A stretch of DNA of 63,191 nucleotides, counting the filler, from Nemertoderma westbladi (lineage: Eukaryota; Animalia; Xenacoelomorpha), in the NCBI GenBank assembly GCA_032718475.1. It is 3 parts of 3 records of this genome, joined end to end, with 100 filler letters (N's around TTAATTAATTAA, not from the genome) between each part and the next. Parts side by side here need not be neighbours in the genome. Positions count along the whole stretch, not along the records: positions 1 to 29,447 come from JAUCBJ010002397.1; 2 more parts are not named here. One strand, written 5' to 3'. The notes under the pieces are model-generated. The model did no database searches and had not been told where the DNA came from. It saw nothing but the letters and a program-made list of their open reading frames with translations. The stretch's first letter is position 1, and every line of letters starts with the position of its first letter. Below, in pieces: positions 1 to 13,890 of the stretch. The position numbers were made by a program, and so were the translations under genes.

Positions 1-500
1 AATAACTGAGTTTTTACTGTCAGTTGTTGTAATCAAAGAACATAATAATAGCACAGGTTCAGAATATAATAGCACGGTAATTACGACGGTTAAAGACTGT
101 TCCGGTGCGGTCTCAAAACTGTATAGAAACCAACTGAATCAGAATCAATAAGTGCAACGGTTATATTATTATTAACACATATTAAATCAGCTCTACTCTA
201 CTGAGTGGCCTGTCCAATAGATGCGCTCTAATCACTTCCAATATGTTTTCCCCACCCATCATTGGCTTAACCTGATTAATTGTCACCTCACCACTCCCTG
301 TTGCCACTATCCCCACGTGCTAGCTTTGCTAGCCCCTTTGTCCTTCTGAGATGGTTTGACCTCTCAACTTTCTTTGCGGCTGGCGATGTGTATCGCCTAA
401 TTTGGTTATTAGGTGACATTATTATTGGTAATGTCACCTTCCCAACTATAATGTGTAAAATGCCACTAAGCCCATTTTCGGTGGGTAGTGCAGGGAATAT
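1..500 (-). repeat. Diverged inverted copy of the 42400-42900 sequence (putative LTR family)
   Basis: The reverse complement shares blocks such as GAGAGGTCAAACCA, CAACAGGGAGTGG, GTGACAATTAAT, AGAGCGCATC and ATTACCAATAATAAT in the same order. Confidence 0.7.
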
Positions 501-539
501 TTTGTTTGAATAGTTTGAAATTTCTAATAAATTAATTTA

Positions 540-877
540 TATGAATTCCATCTAATAGCAAACACCAAAAATCCGGTGTAAATCAAAAATAGAGATGTTA
601 CAAGTCATTTTTCATGGAATGGAATTTTCATGGCACGTAATGTAAATTCCAAAAAAAAAAGGTGCCAAAACTAGGTATGAAAAATGGTGCTATAACTCGA
701 AAACTTCTCAAAATTTTTGAAAAGCATTTTCACTATTAAGAAGGCAATATAATTTTAGGAAAGGTCCTAAAATTTCAGGTTAGCAACGGCGTTTGTTTCA
801 GAATTATTACAAAAAAACCATGGGGGTCATATTAACCCCCCCCCCCCCCCCCCCCCCGGGGGGGTTAATAAGGGTTA
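540..877. mobile_element. piggyBac-like non-autonomous element end (same family as 23260-24408)
   Basis: Shares CCGGTGTAAATCAAAAATAG and AATGGTGCTATAACTCGA with 24110-24408. It ends in poly-C then ...AGGG|TTAA. Confidence 0.6.
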
Positions 878-1029
878 AAAATAACTCCTTCCAAACACAA
901 TGAACTGATGAAATTAATTAATCAAGCTTTCAGAAGTAAAATATGTGGAGGTATTTAATGGAGGTTGAGCAAACGCTTGGTACAGTGGCAACCTAACGAC
1001 CACCGTCAGCAGTGTGGCAAGACGGTAAC

Positions 1030-1320
1030 ACTATCATATCTCTAATAGCGGACCTATCGGCCTCAAGTATGTTAGCGTGAAACAGGAGGAAAGTACAATA
1101 ATAAATAAATATTCAGCTGGAGTATTGCTGTCAGGTGATATTAATTAATTAAAAATTGGAGTTGAGCTGTTTGCAACTGCAATAAATGATATAATATTAA
1201 GGTTTTGTAAAATGAGGAGGCACGACACCGGGGATTGAACCAGCCCTATACGTAAGTTTCGGCCTATCAGGCCTCAAAAGTTGTATGTAGCGCTAACCAG
1301 TATAGCCACTTACTTGCCCC
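1030..1320 (-). mobile_element. tRNA-box SINE-like repeat with hammerhead-like motif; partial tandem copy 1375-1540, other copies ~24600-24680 and 33323-33500
   Basis: A-box-like TGGCTATACTGG (1297-1308) and B-box-like GGTTCAATCCCC (1230-1241), with GGCCT-GAT-AGGCC-GAAAC between them. The body is shared among the copies. Confidence 0.5.
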
Positions 1321-1543
1321 TGAAATTCACTCTCCCCTTAATCCACTTCTATTGAACAGGCAGTCTAAGTTGCATATCCTATCTCTAACAGCAGACCTAA
1401 CGGCCTCAAGTATGTTATTGTGACACAGGAGGGAAGTACAAAATTGTTTTAAATAAATAAAAATAAATAGATAGAGATTAGACTCGAGAACTTAATAAAT
1501 AAAAGAATTGAGTTCAGTTGATAATGCAACTTTAGTAAATAAT

Positions 1544-3792
1544 ATTCCGTGTCAACACTTCGAAATAGTCAACACTTTGAAAGGAATTTAGTGCCCAGCC
1601 CATGTCAACACTTCGAAATAATAATGAAATAGGCCTAATAATATAATAATAAAAATAATTAATAATATTAAAAACGAAAACTAAGCTTTGTATATATTTT
1701 TGTTACCATTTAATTAATCATATTGTATTTAGGATAAAATAAAAGTCAGTGAGCCAGAGGCACTATGGTAGGATATATTATACTGGGATTCCCAATGTTT
1801 GGGCGTTGACTTCATCAGCAGCGACTTACCACTGCACTGTCTCTGGTGTACTATAGACCTGTGTAGGTAGATTTTTAATTTCTCAGATTCCAATGGATAG
1901 TCTTAAAACGTGATTGGTTGATTTATCAAATGTCATAACCACTAATGACGACAATCAAACACAGAAGAAGTGTGGACTACGCAAAACCAATGTGGCTAAA
2001 GGGTTCCACAACGGACTACAAAGTACACTACACTACACAGTAGCCTAAGTCTTGAATAACAGAGTATTTTCAGCTCAACCAGAATACAGTTCAAGTCCAT
2101 GTGAAAGCACTATTACCACTAAACTCTGAAGCTGTATCTTTTCCGAAGTCTCGCCATATTCAAGAACGGGATACATGTCTACAAAAGGCTGAGATGGCCC
2201 AGTTCAACGATTTCGTGACAGTAACAAATCAGGCAGTTAGTTAGTTACCTCCAATGATTTATTTAACTATATTATTATAACCAACTTGGTAGAGGTGGGA
2301 ATTCTACCCCAGGATCTGTAATGAATAATCTACTGTAAATAATGTATCGGTAACGAAAAACTAATAAATGAATGATAGTAAAAAAGTTATTCATATATTT
2401 CGCAATATTATTCCCTATTACTAAAAATCTTAGTAATATCATATACCGAGAAGGTCATATACCTAAGAATATATATCGAGAAGGGCGCGTCGTCCTGGCT
2501 AAACTCTCGCCCGGTGACGATCCACAACACTCACCTGGGTAAGCAGGAGTTCCGCGACGCTCTATGCCTGCGCTATGGTTGGCAACCGAGACTTCTTCCG
2601 GCCCGGTGCGCCTGTGGGACACGATTTTCAGTAAATCACGCTATGTCGTGTCCCACAGGCGGCTATCCGTCTATTCGCCACAATGAAGTCCGCGATTTCT
2701 TCGCCACTACACTAACCGAAGTAGCGCATAACGTCGCGGTCGAACCTCATTTGCAGCCAGTCACCGGTGAGCAGTTCATCCGACATTCCACTTCCACCGA
2801 CGACCAAGCCCGCCTCGATGTGTCAGTCTGCGGTTTCTGGGGTTCCAGGTATCAGAAGATATTCCTGGATGTCTCCATCTTCAACCCCCTAGCCCCCACG
2901 AATGCTGCAATGCCTCTCGCCGACGCCCACCTCCATCACGAGGCCCGCAAGCGTAATCTTTATGACGAGCGGATTCGTGAAATTGAGTTGGCGACATTTA
3001 CGCCGCTCATATTCTCGGCGTATGGTGGCTTCTCGCCAACCACGTCTCAGTTCGTGAAGCGACTCGGAATATTACTCTCAGAGAAGCGTGAGGCACCGTA
3101 CTCAGAGTGTATTCGTTGGATCCGCCGTGAATTGAGTTTCGCACTCCTCCGCGCGGGTTTAATGTGTCTGCGGGGTGCGCGTTCTGCACGGAATCGACCG
3201 GTACGCTTCGATACTCCGATACAGATGTCCAACTCCGACACCGACACGTCGCCGTACCCATAGGCGACTAAATACAGAAATATAAAAAAAAAACCTGTCT
3301 GCATGTCCAGGTTTTGAACTGCGCATCACGACTCTATTAGGCCTAATTTTAGTAATATACTGGTATTTTCTGATTTTTATGTAGGCCTATATTGGTATTG
3401 TTTATACATGTTACCTAGGCTACGTCAGCTGGTGGTGGGACAATGTTTGTTTTTATATATTATATATATTGATATTAAAATGTGAAAATAAAATATGAAA
3501 AAAGTAAAAAAAAAAAAAAAAAAAATATCATATACTAATTCTATAACCTAACCCTAACCATATATTAGTTATTATTGTATATGTATTTTAGAATATACTA
3601 TTATACTATTTACATTAAAATTTTTCTTTTTCGAACTGTTGACATGGTCTTTCAAAGTGTTGACATGGCCTTTCGAAGTGTTGACATTGGGAAAAAATTT
3701 ACAATAAAAAGGCGCTCTTCAAATCATTATTCGGAAGTGTTGTCATGGTTTTTCCGAAGTTTTGACTATTGCGAAGTGTTGACCATAAACCG
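1544..3792. mobile_element. Non-autonomous DNA element with GTCAACACTTCGAA subterminal inverted repeats, host of the CRE-like insertion
   Basis: GTCAACACTT repeats at 1551-1620 are inverted relative to AAGTGTTGAC repeats at 3637-3785. TAAATAAT flanks both sides (1536-1543, 3793-3800) and may be an 8-bp TSD. Confidence 0.55.
2447..3523 (+). mobile_element. 5'-truncated RLE-type non-LTR retrotransposon (CRE-like)
   Basis: Uninterrupted ORF to 3263 with a CxC..H..C zinc finger, RHN, VEP and RLD..LDV restriction-like endonuclease motifs. Poly(A) at ~3506-3525; TSD AATATCATATAC at 2435-2446 and 3524-3535. Confidence 0.85.
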
Positions 3793-5029
3793 TAAATAAT
3801 AAGTGATAGAAATAGGAGATGCAACTTAATGTGAGATGCGTTTGGTCCAGATAGAGTAGTATAATAATCATATATCTAACCGGTAGGTGTCCAGGTTGCG
3901 CATGTAAATACAGTGTATTACACATACAGTATAAAGGGATTACACAAACTTAGACTGCGTGCTCGTTAGAAGTGGAATGATTGAGCATTGAGTAAGGAAG
4001 TATCATGGGAAGGGGCTGATCTGGTGGCGTGCTTCTGATAATGGTGGCGCCATACTGCAAGGGTTGACCACTAGATATGTGACACATATTAATCCTAATA
4101 AAATAACATTTGATAAACCAAGCATAAAATTATATACTGTCAAATCATAAATTATGTCCTCATATTATTATTACAGTTTTGTCTCTTTAGATTTAATTAA
4201 AATTTCACTCAACTCCAATGCCATTTCTGAGACGGCTTTAAAGGACACTGACCTTGTGGATAACTTTGTTGAAAGGTCATGGCATTCTTAAGATATATAT
4301 ATTGTATAGTGCGACGCAGGGCAATGTCGATAGAAACATAAGTTGATCGGGCGTTGCATACGAGCTGCACATGTTGTCAACAACGTACTCGCTCATACCG
4401 TTGCATTATTGGAACAAAGAATAATAAAAGTTGATTTTTTTGGTTGGATAATTTGGACAAATACCTCTTAGCTAATCTCTGTAGTTCCAAACATTCTACA
4501 AAACATGTAATTACTATGTCATTTAGCCGTTGATTTACCTATTAGCAAGCTATGCGCAGTAGCTATATTATTACATGGATATTAAAATATGTTTACATAA
4601 TTACCAGCAAACTTAACGGATTACCACATTACCATATTATAATATTACGGCATCCTAAATTGACCATTCTAAATAAATAGCCATTACCACCCACGCCAAC
4701 ATGGGGGTTCCAAAAACACAGGCAGTGGCACTACTAGCAGGATTAACAGAGACTAAATTAATAGATTAGAGAGGCTCCAATGTCAGGACCTTTAACAACA
4801 TTTAATAGATCTTACAAAGTTTCTCTTATCTTATAAAGTTTACTGTTTATTATTACTGTTTATTATTTATTTTTTATTATTTATTATTGTTTATTATTGT
4901 TTATTATTACCGTAACATAACCTATTAATATATTATACCAGCTAATGAACTATAAATTAATAATTTGTCAAAATCAACTATATTACCGAATAGTGAATGC
5001 CTACCACTCCATTTCTTCGTGTGAAAATA

Positions 5030-5950
5030 AGTGTTTAAATGGGAACAGACATGATTTCCGGGATCGGGACCGGGATTACCACTCTCGGGATTATGATTTT
5101 CTGGATCGGGATTGGAATTTTGAATAAAACTTTCATAAAGTTTTCAGTATATATTGCTGTGTTAATAAAAAACGGGTTTTTGGCGGCAAAATTATATAAC
5201 TTTATTTCACCCTTCTGAAATATTAGTAAGATAAAATTATATTATAATGTATTTATAGTTGATTACTGGATGTTTTACTGACATTCAGTAATCCGACAAT
5301 TCGTTATAATCAATACATTTAGGGAACACTTGAATATAATAATTTATAAATTTACAAGAAGCACAAGAATTTGCACTAAAATTTGCTTATACGCACAAAA
5401 TAATAAAAATAATAAGAAGATTATGATTTAAAATAGTTAAAATAACTTTTAAAAAGTTGGTTTACTAACTTTTTTCATTGCTGAACAGTTAGAAGGGCAG
5501 CACCATCTTCCACTCCAATGTTCCTCCATCCAGTCTGGGAGGAGCGGAAACAGGCACATGTTGCGCGCAACACAGCAACAATACACTTATTTATGTTCTG
5601 GTTCAAATATACATCGGAAATTCAAGAAATTTACTTATTATTTATGCTTCGGGATCCCGTTCCAATAAAGTCGGGACCGGGATCCCTGTTTTTTCGGGAT
5701 CGGGACCGGGATCCCTGTTTTTCGGGATTGGGACCGGGATCCCTGTTTTTCGGGATCGGGACCGGGATCCCTGTTTTTCGGGACCGGGACCGGGATCCCT
5801 GTTTTTCGGGATTGGGACCGGGATCCCTGTTTTTCGGGATCGGGACCGTGATCCCTGTTTTTCGGGATCGGGACCGGTATCCCTGTTTTTCGGGATCGGG
5901 ACCGGGATCCCTGTTTTTCGGGATCGGGACCGGGATCCCGTTTAACCACA
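5030..5950. repeat. MITE-like element with a 28-bp minisatellite (GGGATCGGGACCGGGATCCCTGTTTTTC, ~9-10 copies, 5673-5940)
   Basis: The tandem unit is read directly. Related motifs occur at 5058-5115, and the ends are imperfectly inverted (GTGTTTAAATGGGA / TCCCGTTTAACCAC). Confidence 0.75.
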
Positions 5951-6112
5951 TTATATCAAAGTCAATATATCAAAATCACAAAGTTTCTCGCTACATTTAC
6001 ATTTCAATAATTTATTTTATTCTAATATTTATAACATAGGCAAGAAGAATCAATTGCAAGTGGGAAAGTGTGGGGAAGTGGACTAGAATAGAATAAAATA
6101 GTTGTTACTCAC

Positions 6113-6330
6113 ATATAGTAGCGGGTCCGTAGAGAAGGAACGCAGCCAACCAGACAGCCACTGTCCTGTAGACAGCCTGCTTCCTTGTCTGACTGACCAT
6201 GTAGTCTAGAGCCTTGGTAACCGACATGTAGCGATCGAAGCTGATGAGCATGATGCTGAGAACGCTGCTGCTGCAGACGACATAGTCGAGAACTAGCCAG
6301 AATATACAGGTAGTTCGATCCATTGGCCAC
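6113..6330 (-). CDS. Aminergic GPCR coding exon 3 (TM3-TM4); later exons not identified
   Basis: WPMDRTTCIFWLVLDYVVCSSSVLSIMLISFDRY...WLAAFLLYGPATI contains the amine-binding Asp3.32 and the DRY motif, and 'AFLLYGPA' resembles HRH3/HRH4 TM4. GAAG acceptor, GTGAGT donor. Confidence 0.9.
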
Positions 6331-7782
6331 CTTCAAAATAGCGGGAAGTAATAATGTAGAGGATAATGATTTGTTTTGGCAAATTATTTGATCAACTAAT
6401 TATTTTATATGTTAAATCAGAGAGATCACATCTACTACTAAAGCGGAGGATAGTAACACGTGGAAAAATGTTGTTGTCTCTATATTATTCTCCGTTTTAA
6501 ATTGTCGTGCAGGCACATTCATGATGCCAGGAAAAACCAGCTGCAAGACTTTCTAAAGCAGTGAAGTAACACTATACTTGGTTTTGCCGTTGGTTCGTTG
6601 GTGCCTGTAGTATTGTATTTAATTATGTGTATATATTTTATAAATAATTTTACTTAATGATAATTATAAAATAAAACATTAAGATTAATAAAAAAAAATA
6701 TGTAACCTGTGTTATTGACTCCTATTTATTTTGACTCTTTTTCCTCAGAATAACATTGCCTGTAAACTGTCTTTCCCTTAATTTATAATTAACCATTTGA
6801 CATTTATCACTCAGCCATACACACACGTGTTACAGTATAGTGTTTACTGATCGTTTTGCTGACCAAGTTTTAGTTAAAGGGGATAGAATAGGTCGCGTTC
6901 ATAAATGGCCATAACGAGAGACATGCAGACAGACAGTAATGCTACCCGAAGGCTATATTTTGCTCATTAAATGGTTCGCCTCCAGTCTGAAAACCATGAC
7001 AGCAATGTTTTAGTTAGCCATAATCACTACCTAGAAGGTTGCTAAATTTATTATCCTTTGATTTTATCATCCAATTATTATTTAAAGGGAGACAAACATG
7101 CTGATACATTTAAGGAATCCAGCAAACTGACACCCTGAACCTTGGTCGCCAATCATTTTTATTTAGGGCATGTGCGTCAGCAACCAGCCATTAACCATTA
7201 GTTAAAATATAATTATCTCATTAATCTGTCAGTCCTTACGTGGAGGAATTCCGACTCCTCTTCATACCAAATATATTACGTTGTTCGAATATTTACTATT
7301 TCTAAAATATTTAGGGTTTTTCCGAAGACGCGGAAATGAACCACTTGCCGAGCGAGAATTAGAGAGATAGTTTTGTTATACATCGAGGGATCGGTTATAC
7401 TCATAAGGGGAGAAAGCCATTCGTTTTTCATGTAATGTGAATTTTTTTACCACGGATTTTTGTATGTTGTGTGTGTGGCATTCTTAAAACCGAACCGCGT
7501 TAGTTGTATGTAAATCTGCAACACTGTACATGTGTAACTGACAATATTATATAGCATATAAATAAGGACAAAGTATTGTACTGTAACGGCCACAATCTTT
7601 TTAGGAAAATTACCTAATGCATTTGAAAAAAAGTGACTTTTGTTTAACATTCACTTGCATTTTTGTATTTTATTCAACGGTAAATCTATTATACCTAAAT
7701 ATTTTGTAGAAAAAAGTCTAATTCGAAAAAAGTCGGTTCTAATTATTATATATTTACTTGTGTTGTTTCTGTCTATACTTAC

Positions 7783-7881
7783 CAGCCCAGAAGAACATAT
7801 GGAATGTAGATTGGCATACAGATTAATCCAATGAGTAGATCAGCAACAGCTAGATTGAGTATATAGTAATTCGGTATCGTT
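7783..7881 (-). CDS. Aminergic GPCR coding exon 2 (TM2)
   Basis: Not in the ORF track. Hand translation gives (R)TIPNYYILNLAVADLLIGLICMPIYIPYVLLG(W) with the LAVAD motif. TCTAG acceptor, GTAAGT donor, 99 bp, phase 2/2, compatible with both neighbouring exons. Confidence 0.9.
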
Positions 7882-10800
7882 CTAGATGAAAAATAAAATA
7901 TAACAAAATTTAGTTATGTGTCCATATAGCTATGTTCTATTACATCTCATGTTAAATTACTTTCAACCCATATAATCTTTGATCAACAATTTTAAACACT
8001 GAATAAGCCGAAGTAATACTACTTAATGCCTTTGTCTCTTTAAGAAGAAGTGTTTGATGATCGATTAGTGTGCTAATTGGGAGGTATGCCTTGGAGCTAG
8101 GGCTAGCACTATCTACTTTGCAGTAGATCCTATATCAATGCATTCCCTGTGTTGATTTTGCATTGAGATCAGAAAGAATGATTACAATTAATTATTATAC
8201 ACTGAGTGAGTGCATTTACAACAAAGGTTTGTAATAAAACCTATTGTAGATTAACTAAATAAATTAAGGCTAAAAATATTACTCTAATATTAAATCATAG
8301 TTCTTTCTATTGTAGAGTGAAGAATGTCTAATTTGAGGTTACCTTCATGAAATTCTTCAGTTTAAAGTCAAGGTAGATCCATGGAGTTATATTCACCTAC
8401 GTAGATCAACATGTTCCCAAAGGAGGCTCACTTTTTAAAGGTTCAAATTAAACAAGTTATCATTTCGAACAATAATACCGAACTTCAGTCAGTACTGACA
8501 TATTTGATATTGACGGATATATTTCAGAGTAATTATTCAAGACAAGTAAAAGTATAATTGATCAATTGGGTTTAACAATTATTGCGCATCCCATAACTGG
8601 TTCTTTTAGAACCCTGAATAATATATTGTCAAATTAATTTTGGGATGGCTGTGTGAGAGATACAGTTTGAAATCCACAGCAAAATTAAAATAAGGAATTG
8701 ATCTGAGCAAACATTGATCGGTGGTCAACCAGTTAGAACAAATCAATGAATTAATGATGAGGATGATGTAATATATGAATGGATGCAGAAGGAACTGTTG
8801 AAGCCTATCGTGCAATCAACGTTCTTTCTAGATTAAAGCGTTTAGTTGTTGTAAGTAAGTCGTCTGTTCGAGGCGCCAATAATAAGAACGCCTTATCGGA
8901 TTCAGTCCCCAAGTTTGGCGATTTCTCGGGACTAAAACTAGCGGTAGGGGTCGTTAATCAAAATGGATGAATACCATTGGGTTAAAACTATGTTGAGATT
9001 TAATATTTAATTATGATATGAATTATTATACTATACTATAAGTATAAATGTCCGAAAAAAGTCGAATAAATTATCCGAGTTCGCTCGAGCTAGTAGTAGT
9101 AGTATAAATATAAATTATATATTTTTATATTTTAATAGGAGAGCAAACGTTTTAGGACTAAATATTCGAAATAAGGCAGGTACCTTTTTGCATACAGTTG
9201 AATATTATGAAGGCCTTCCAGATCAGAACACGATAATGTCAGATCAACCACATAATTCGGTCACACATTTTAAATATTATTTCGACAATCGGAAGCAGTT
9301 CATAATGTTGAAACAAATTTAGAAAATGACTTGGTCTTTCAAGGAGATGCCTGCTCAGAGTATGATGATGATGCTTACTTTACAAAGTTATAGATCTAAC
9401 CCTGCAAATTGATCGCCAACCCACATCTAATTACAGTTGGTGCACACTATAATTTTCATTCCATTTTTTTTCTTGATACATTGCCAAACAACAATATACT
9501 GTATGCCTGTAGGCGTGTCCTTAATGCAGGGCGATTTGTTTAATTGGCGTTGAACTTTGTGCTGCAATATGAGACACCAATTCTACTACAATTTGCCCGG
9601 GAAGACAACGGTTATGGAGATATCTAAAGAGATAATATCCAAACGCAAAATATAAAATTCCAGATATCAGCATTAGAGCACGATCCGCCTGACAGCTGAA
9701 TGGATATCTATCTACTTTACCTGGGAGCGGGAAATCTGATGCTGACAGGGAATTATACGAAAATCATTGTAATGTGCTGGGCAGGACAAACTTCCCATTA
9801 AGTTTGTTAGCAGTGCTCACGTACTGTCCCCAGGTCAATACAGTTAGTACAGGTAAGCTCAGTGTGGGTTAATCCCTTTGAAAATGGGGGTGTTGCCCTA
9901 AGTGTGTACCCCCCCCCCCATTCTCAGTAATCTAATTCAACCTTTTGCGTCCGTGTGTGTTTTTGCAGAAATTAATTGAAATTCCAAATACCGTAGCTTC
10001 TTTATAAATCGTTTATTGCTGTGAAACTGTGTAGTATGTAAACAACTTTAAAGAGTTAAAGTAAGATTTGAAGAAGTCTAAACATATTTAGAAACAATTA
10101 TTGATAAAGTGGAAAAATATATATTGACCAAAAGGAAACAATACAATTTTTTAAGGTTCATTTATTTATTTTCTTTTCTAATTCGGATGAATTTGATGTT
10201 CGCGACAAAATCGCCATTAAGATTTTAAAATTTACAAGATACCGGCTGTTGTAAATGCGAACGCATTGGGTACCCATCCATTCTACCCTGGGTTGTCTCT
10301 TTTACTAGCCCACAATACTACTGTAGCTGTATGAATAAGCAGCAACATTATCACTCAGTTCCATCAAATTATCTCCCTATACGTATACATTCCCATTGTG
10401 TACAGGAAAGTCCGATGCCAGAGTATAATTCATTCAGTAATTAATAGCTGTTGTTTGTTGAACAGGTCAAGGTCGCAGTGTCACGTCAATTACACTGGTG
10501 CTAAACTATTTTATAATTATCATTCCTTCAGTGCGGGCCGCACACTTTGCGCGGCAGGGCAAAATATAATTGTGCAGTCCGAAATTGCGTTGGAGGATCA
10601 TTGTGATGTAATGGGATAATTGTGCATTGAGGAAGCTATCCGTATTTTTATACTGATGGCATCCACATCCACATGTGAGGTACTTGTTAATAATAAACTA
10701 AGAAATCACATAAATAGTAGTCATTAATATATTTAAAAACTATATAACTATAACCATCGTTCCCACCCATATTTGACGAATGCCAAGTTTTCACGTTTTG

Positions 10801-11139
10801 GTAGAAATGTTATTAGAAATTTTATGAAGAATAATTTTCTCATTATTAAGTTTTTTATAGCGTTTATTGCTTTCTTATAATCTGTACAGATAATAATTCG
10901 TTTATTGTTTTGGTTAGATTTCGCCATTCTGTAACAAGGGTTTTCAATATTTCTTTAGTATTTAATTTGGTGCATAACGGTTTACAATTATAACAGAAAT
11001 GAAGGAAGCAGCACAATTCGGTCCCAACACTTACATATTAAGGAACCAAATTTTCCGGGGCCGAGCCGATTATGAATCATTATTATTATTATTAGTTATC
11101 GAATTTATACATATTAATATAATAGCTCCTCCAGATCTC

Positions 11140-11530
11140 ACGGCCAGCCATACACAGTGCCAGCGGACCCAACATCATAGCTCCCACAGATCTCACGTCA
11201 GTCAATCCCTCCTTAGTTCATCCCTGTTCTCAAGTACAGTGCCATTGAGCGGGCGTCTGAGGAGAGTCATTGGCTATCCGGCACGTCTATTATCATCAGC
11301 AGCCTACCAAAGAACAAGTTTGTGTACAGGATAATCAAGCCGGCATAGTAGTGTCCAGCAAGTTTGAGGATCTGCCTCTGCAGGGTTGTACTGGGTCTTG
11401 GCAATGGGATGTGAGAAGAATGTGTAACATCCAGAGACCTGGTGTCCTCTGCAGTTAGAGCGCAGCATGGGATGCGATGGAACAGCACAGGCTCCACCGA
11501 TGCACGGAAACAGTATAAATTTAAAGAGCA
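11140..11530 (-). mobile_element. Old degenerate RTE LINE 3' fragment
   Basis: EPVL..CALTAEDTRSLD..LKLAGH is homologous to the RTE C-terminus in the other copies. Confidence 0.6.
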
Positions 11531-11724
11531 TTAGATAATTCAGCTATACAAGATTCTGGATAGCTGCTGGGTGATGAACCAGGTTTTTCCTTTGCGAAGT
11601 CAGAAATGTTCACCAGACCTCAGAACCCATGAACCATGGAAGCATAAGCCATTCACATGACTGACCTACCGGGTCCATCCAGAGATTTTATGTTATCACT
11701 ATCAATTTTCTGGTGGTCCATGGC

Positions 11725-12340
11725 TGTCCAGGATTTGGAAGTCACACAGAATTCATTAGAAACGTAAAGGTCCAATTATTTAGAGCAGCAATAGTTCCAG
11801 TACTCCTCTATGGGAGTCAATGCTGGACTCTAACTGCTGAGGACTCTGGAAGACACATTCACAAGAATGTTGCGTTGGGTTCACCTTGTCAAGTACAATG
11901 AGACACCTCCAACCAAATGCTATACAACAAAGGGTGTGTCTCTTTGGTACCCCCAAGATTACCACATAAACAAAGCCAACTCCTCTACGTAGGACATTGC
12001 TTTCGCCGTGAGAAACAGCCTGTGCACAATCTTGTGTTTTGGCACCTAATGGAGAAAACAGCGAATGACTTTCTTGAGACGCTTTTTAATGGACTCTGGA
12101 CTTAAAAATCCGAGCAATCTCGCGAAGTCACGTGTAATACGGATTTGTTGCAGCGCAATTTTTTGATAAGCCGACATAGGGACATAGACTTAATGCAGAC
12201 TGCTTTGTAAAATATCGATTATGGATTGCATGAAGGTGGCCTAACTTTTTAGGTAAGCCATTATAGCATATCTTCTCAATATGAGCTGCAATTCAACAGG
12301 CCAATTATAGATAAGGCCTAGTAGTACTACTAGTAGTTTA
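11725..12340 (+). mobile_element. Degenerate RTE LINE 3' fragment
   Basis: KVQLFRAAIVPVLLYGSQCWTLT...VGHCFRREKQPVHNLVFW, followed by a (TAG)-rich tail near 12320. Confidence 0.8.
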
Positions 12341-13189
12341 GTGTCCATGTTTTCTATCGAACTTTCCACTTTGGATGCAGCCTCCCTCCTCTATGCGATA
12401 TAGATGCTTTTGCTCTCCTTCCTTCTCGCTTCTCTCCAAGTGCAGTAAAATTAATTCAGTGAATTTCGCAAGATATAATTGTGGAATGCATGAATCTAAT
12501 GCATGAGGCTAAATTTACAACAAAATGCCAGTCAGTTGCTGTTAATATATAATAGAAGCAAAATGAAACAAGGAGATGCGTAAAATACCCACCTAGAGTG
12601 AATTTCCATCAATCTAAGTTAATGATTGGGAAACAGTATGAAACTGGATAGTGTTGCTGGAATGTGAGCCTTTTCCAATCATATCCTTATTGAGGAGTAT
12701 GTGGGACCATCGCCACCAGCTGAGAATTTGATTAGGTTTGTGAACATAAATTGTTGATTAAAGACGATATTGGATTGATTCCTATTTGTAACAATTACTC
12801 CCATATTGTTGGAGCACAGACAATTTTATATCTATAATGGCCATTCTGCTTGTGCCGCCACTAATAATTCCCGAGTTCTATTTCCTATTTCCAACAGCGA
12901 ACCTACGGACAGCGTTACAGAAGAGTAGTGAAAATATACTAAATAAAGTCGCTTTAAAGTCAATAGGTACGCATTTTCGTTTAACGCTCATCATATAAGG
13001 AAAAGCCATTACTATTTATATTAATCTTTCGTTGAATGGGGGAAAATGCACCTGCATACATATTTCTGCTGATTTTTTCTCTTAGTATATGGTAAAGATA
13101 TACTGTTATAAGATGAAACAGAGGGGTTCTTAAATGGTCGTTAAATGAAACATTGCCGTTAAAAACAATTAATTTAGTGAATAAGTAAA

Positions 13190-13890
<701 letters not shown>

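Noticed and set aside
3544-3559. Telomeric repeat
   Set aside because: Only 2-3 imperfect TAACC(C) units inside a MITE-like element.
5518-6039. RDRDRD/SRSR-rich ORFs
   Set aside because: Translations of the 28-bp tandem repeat.
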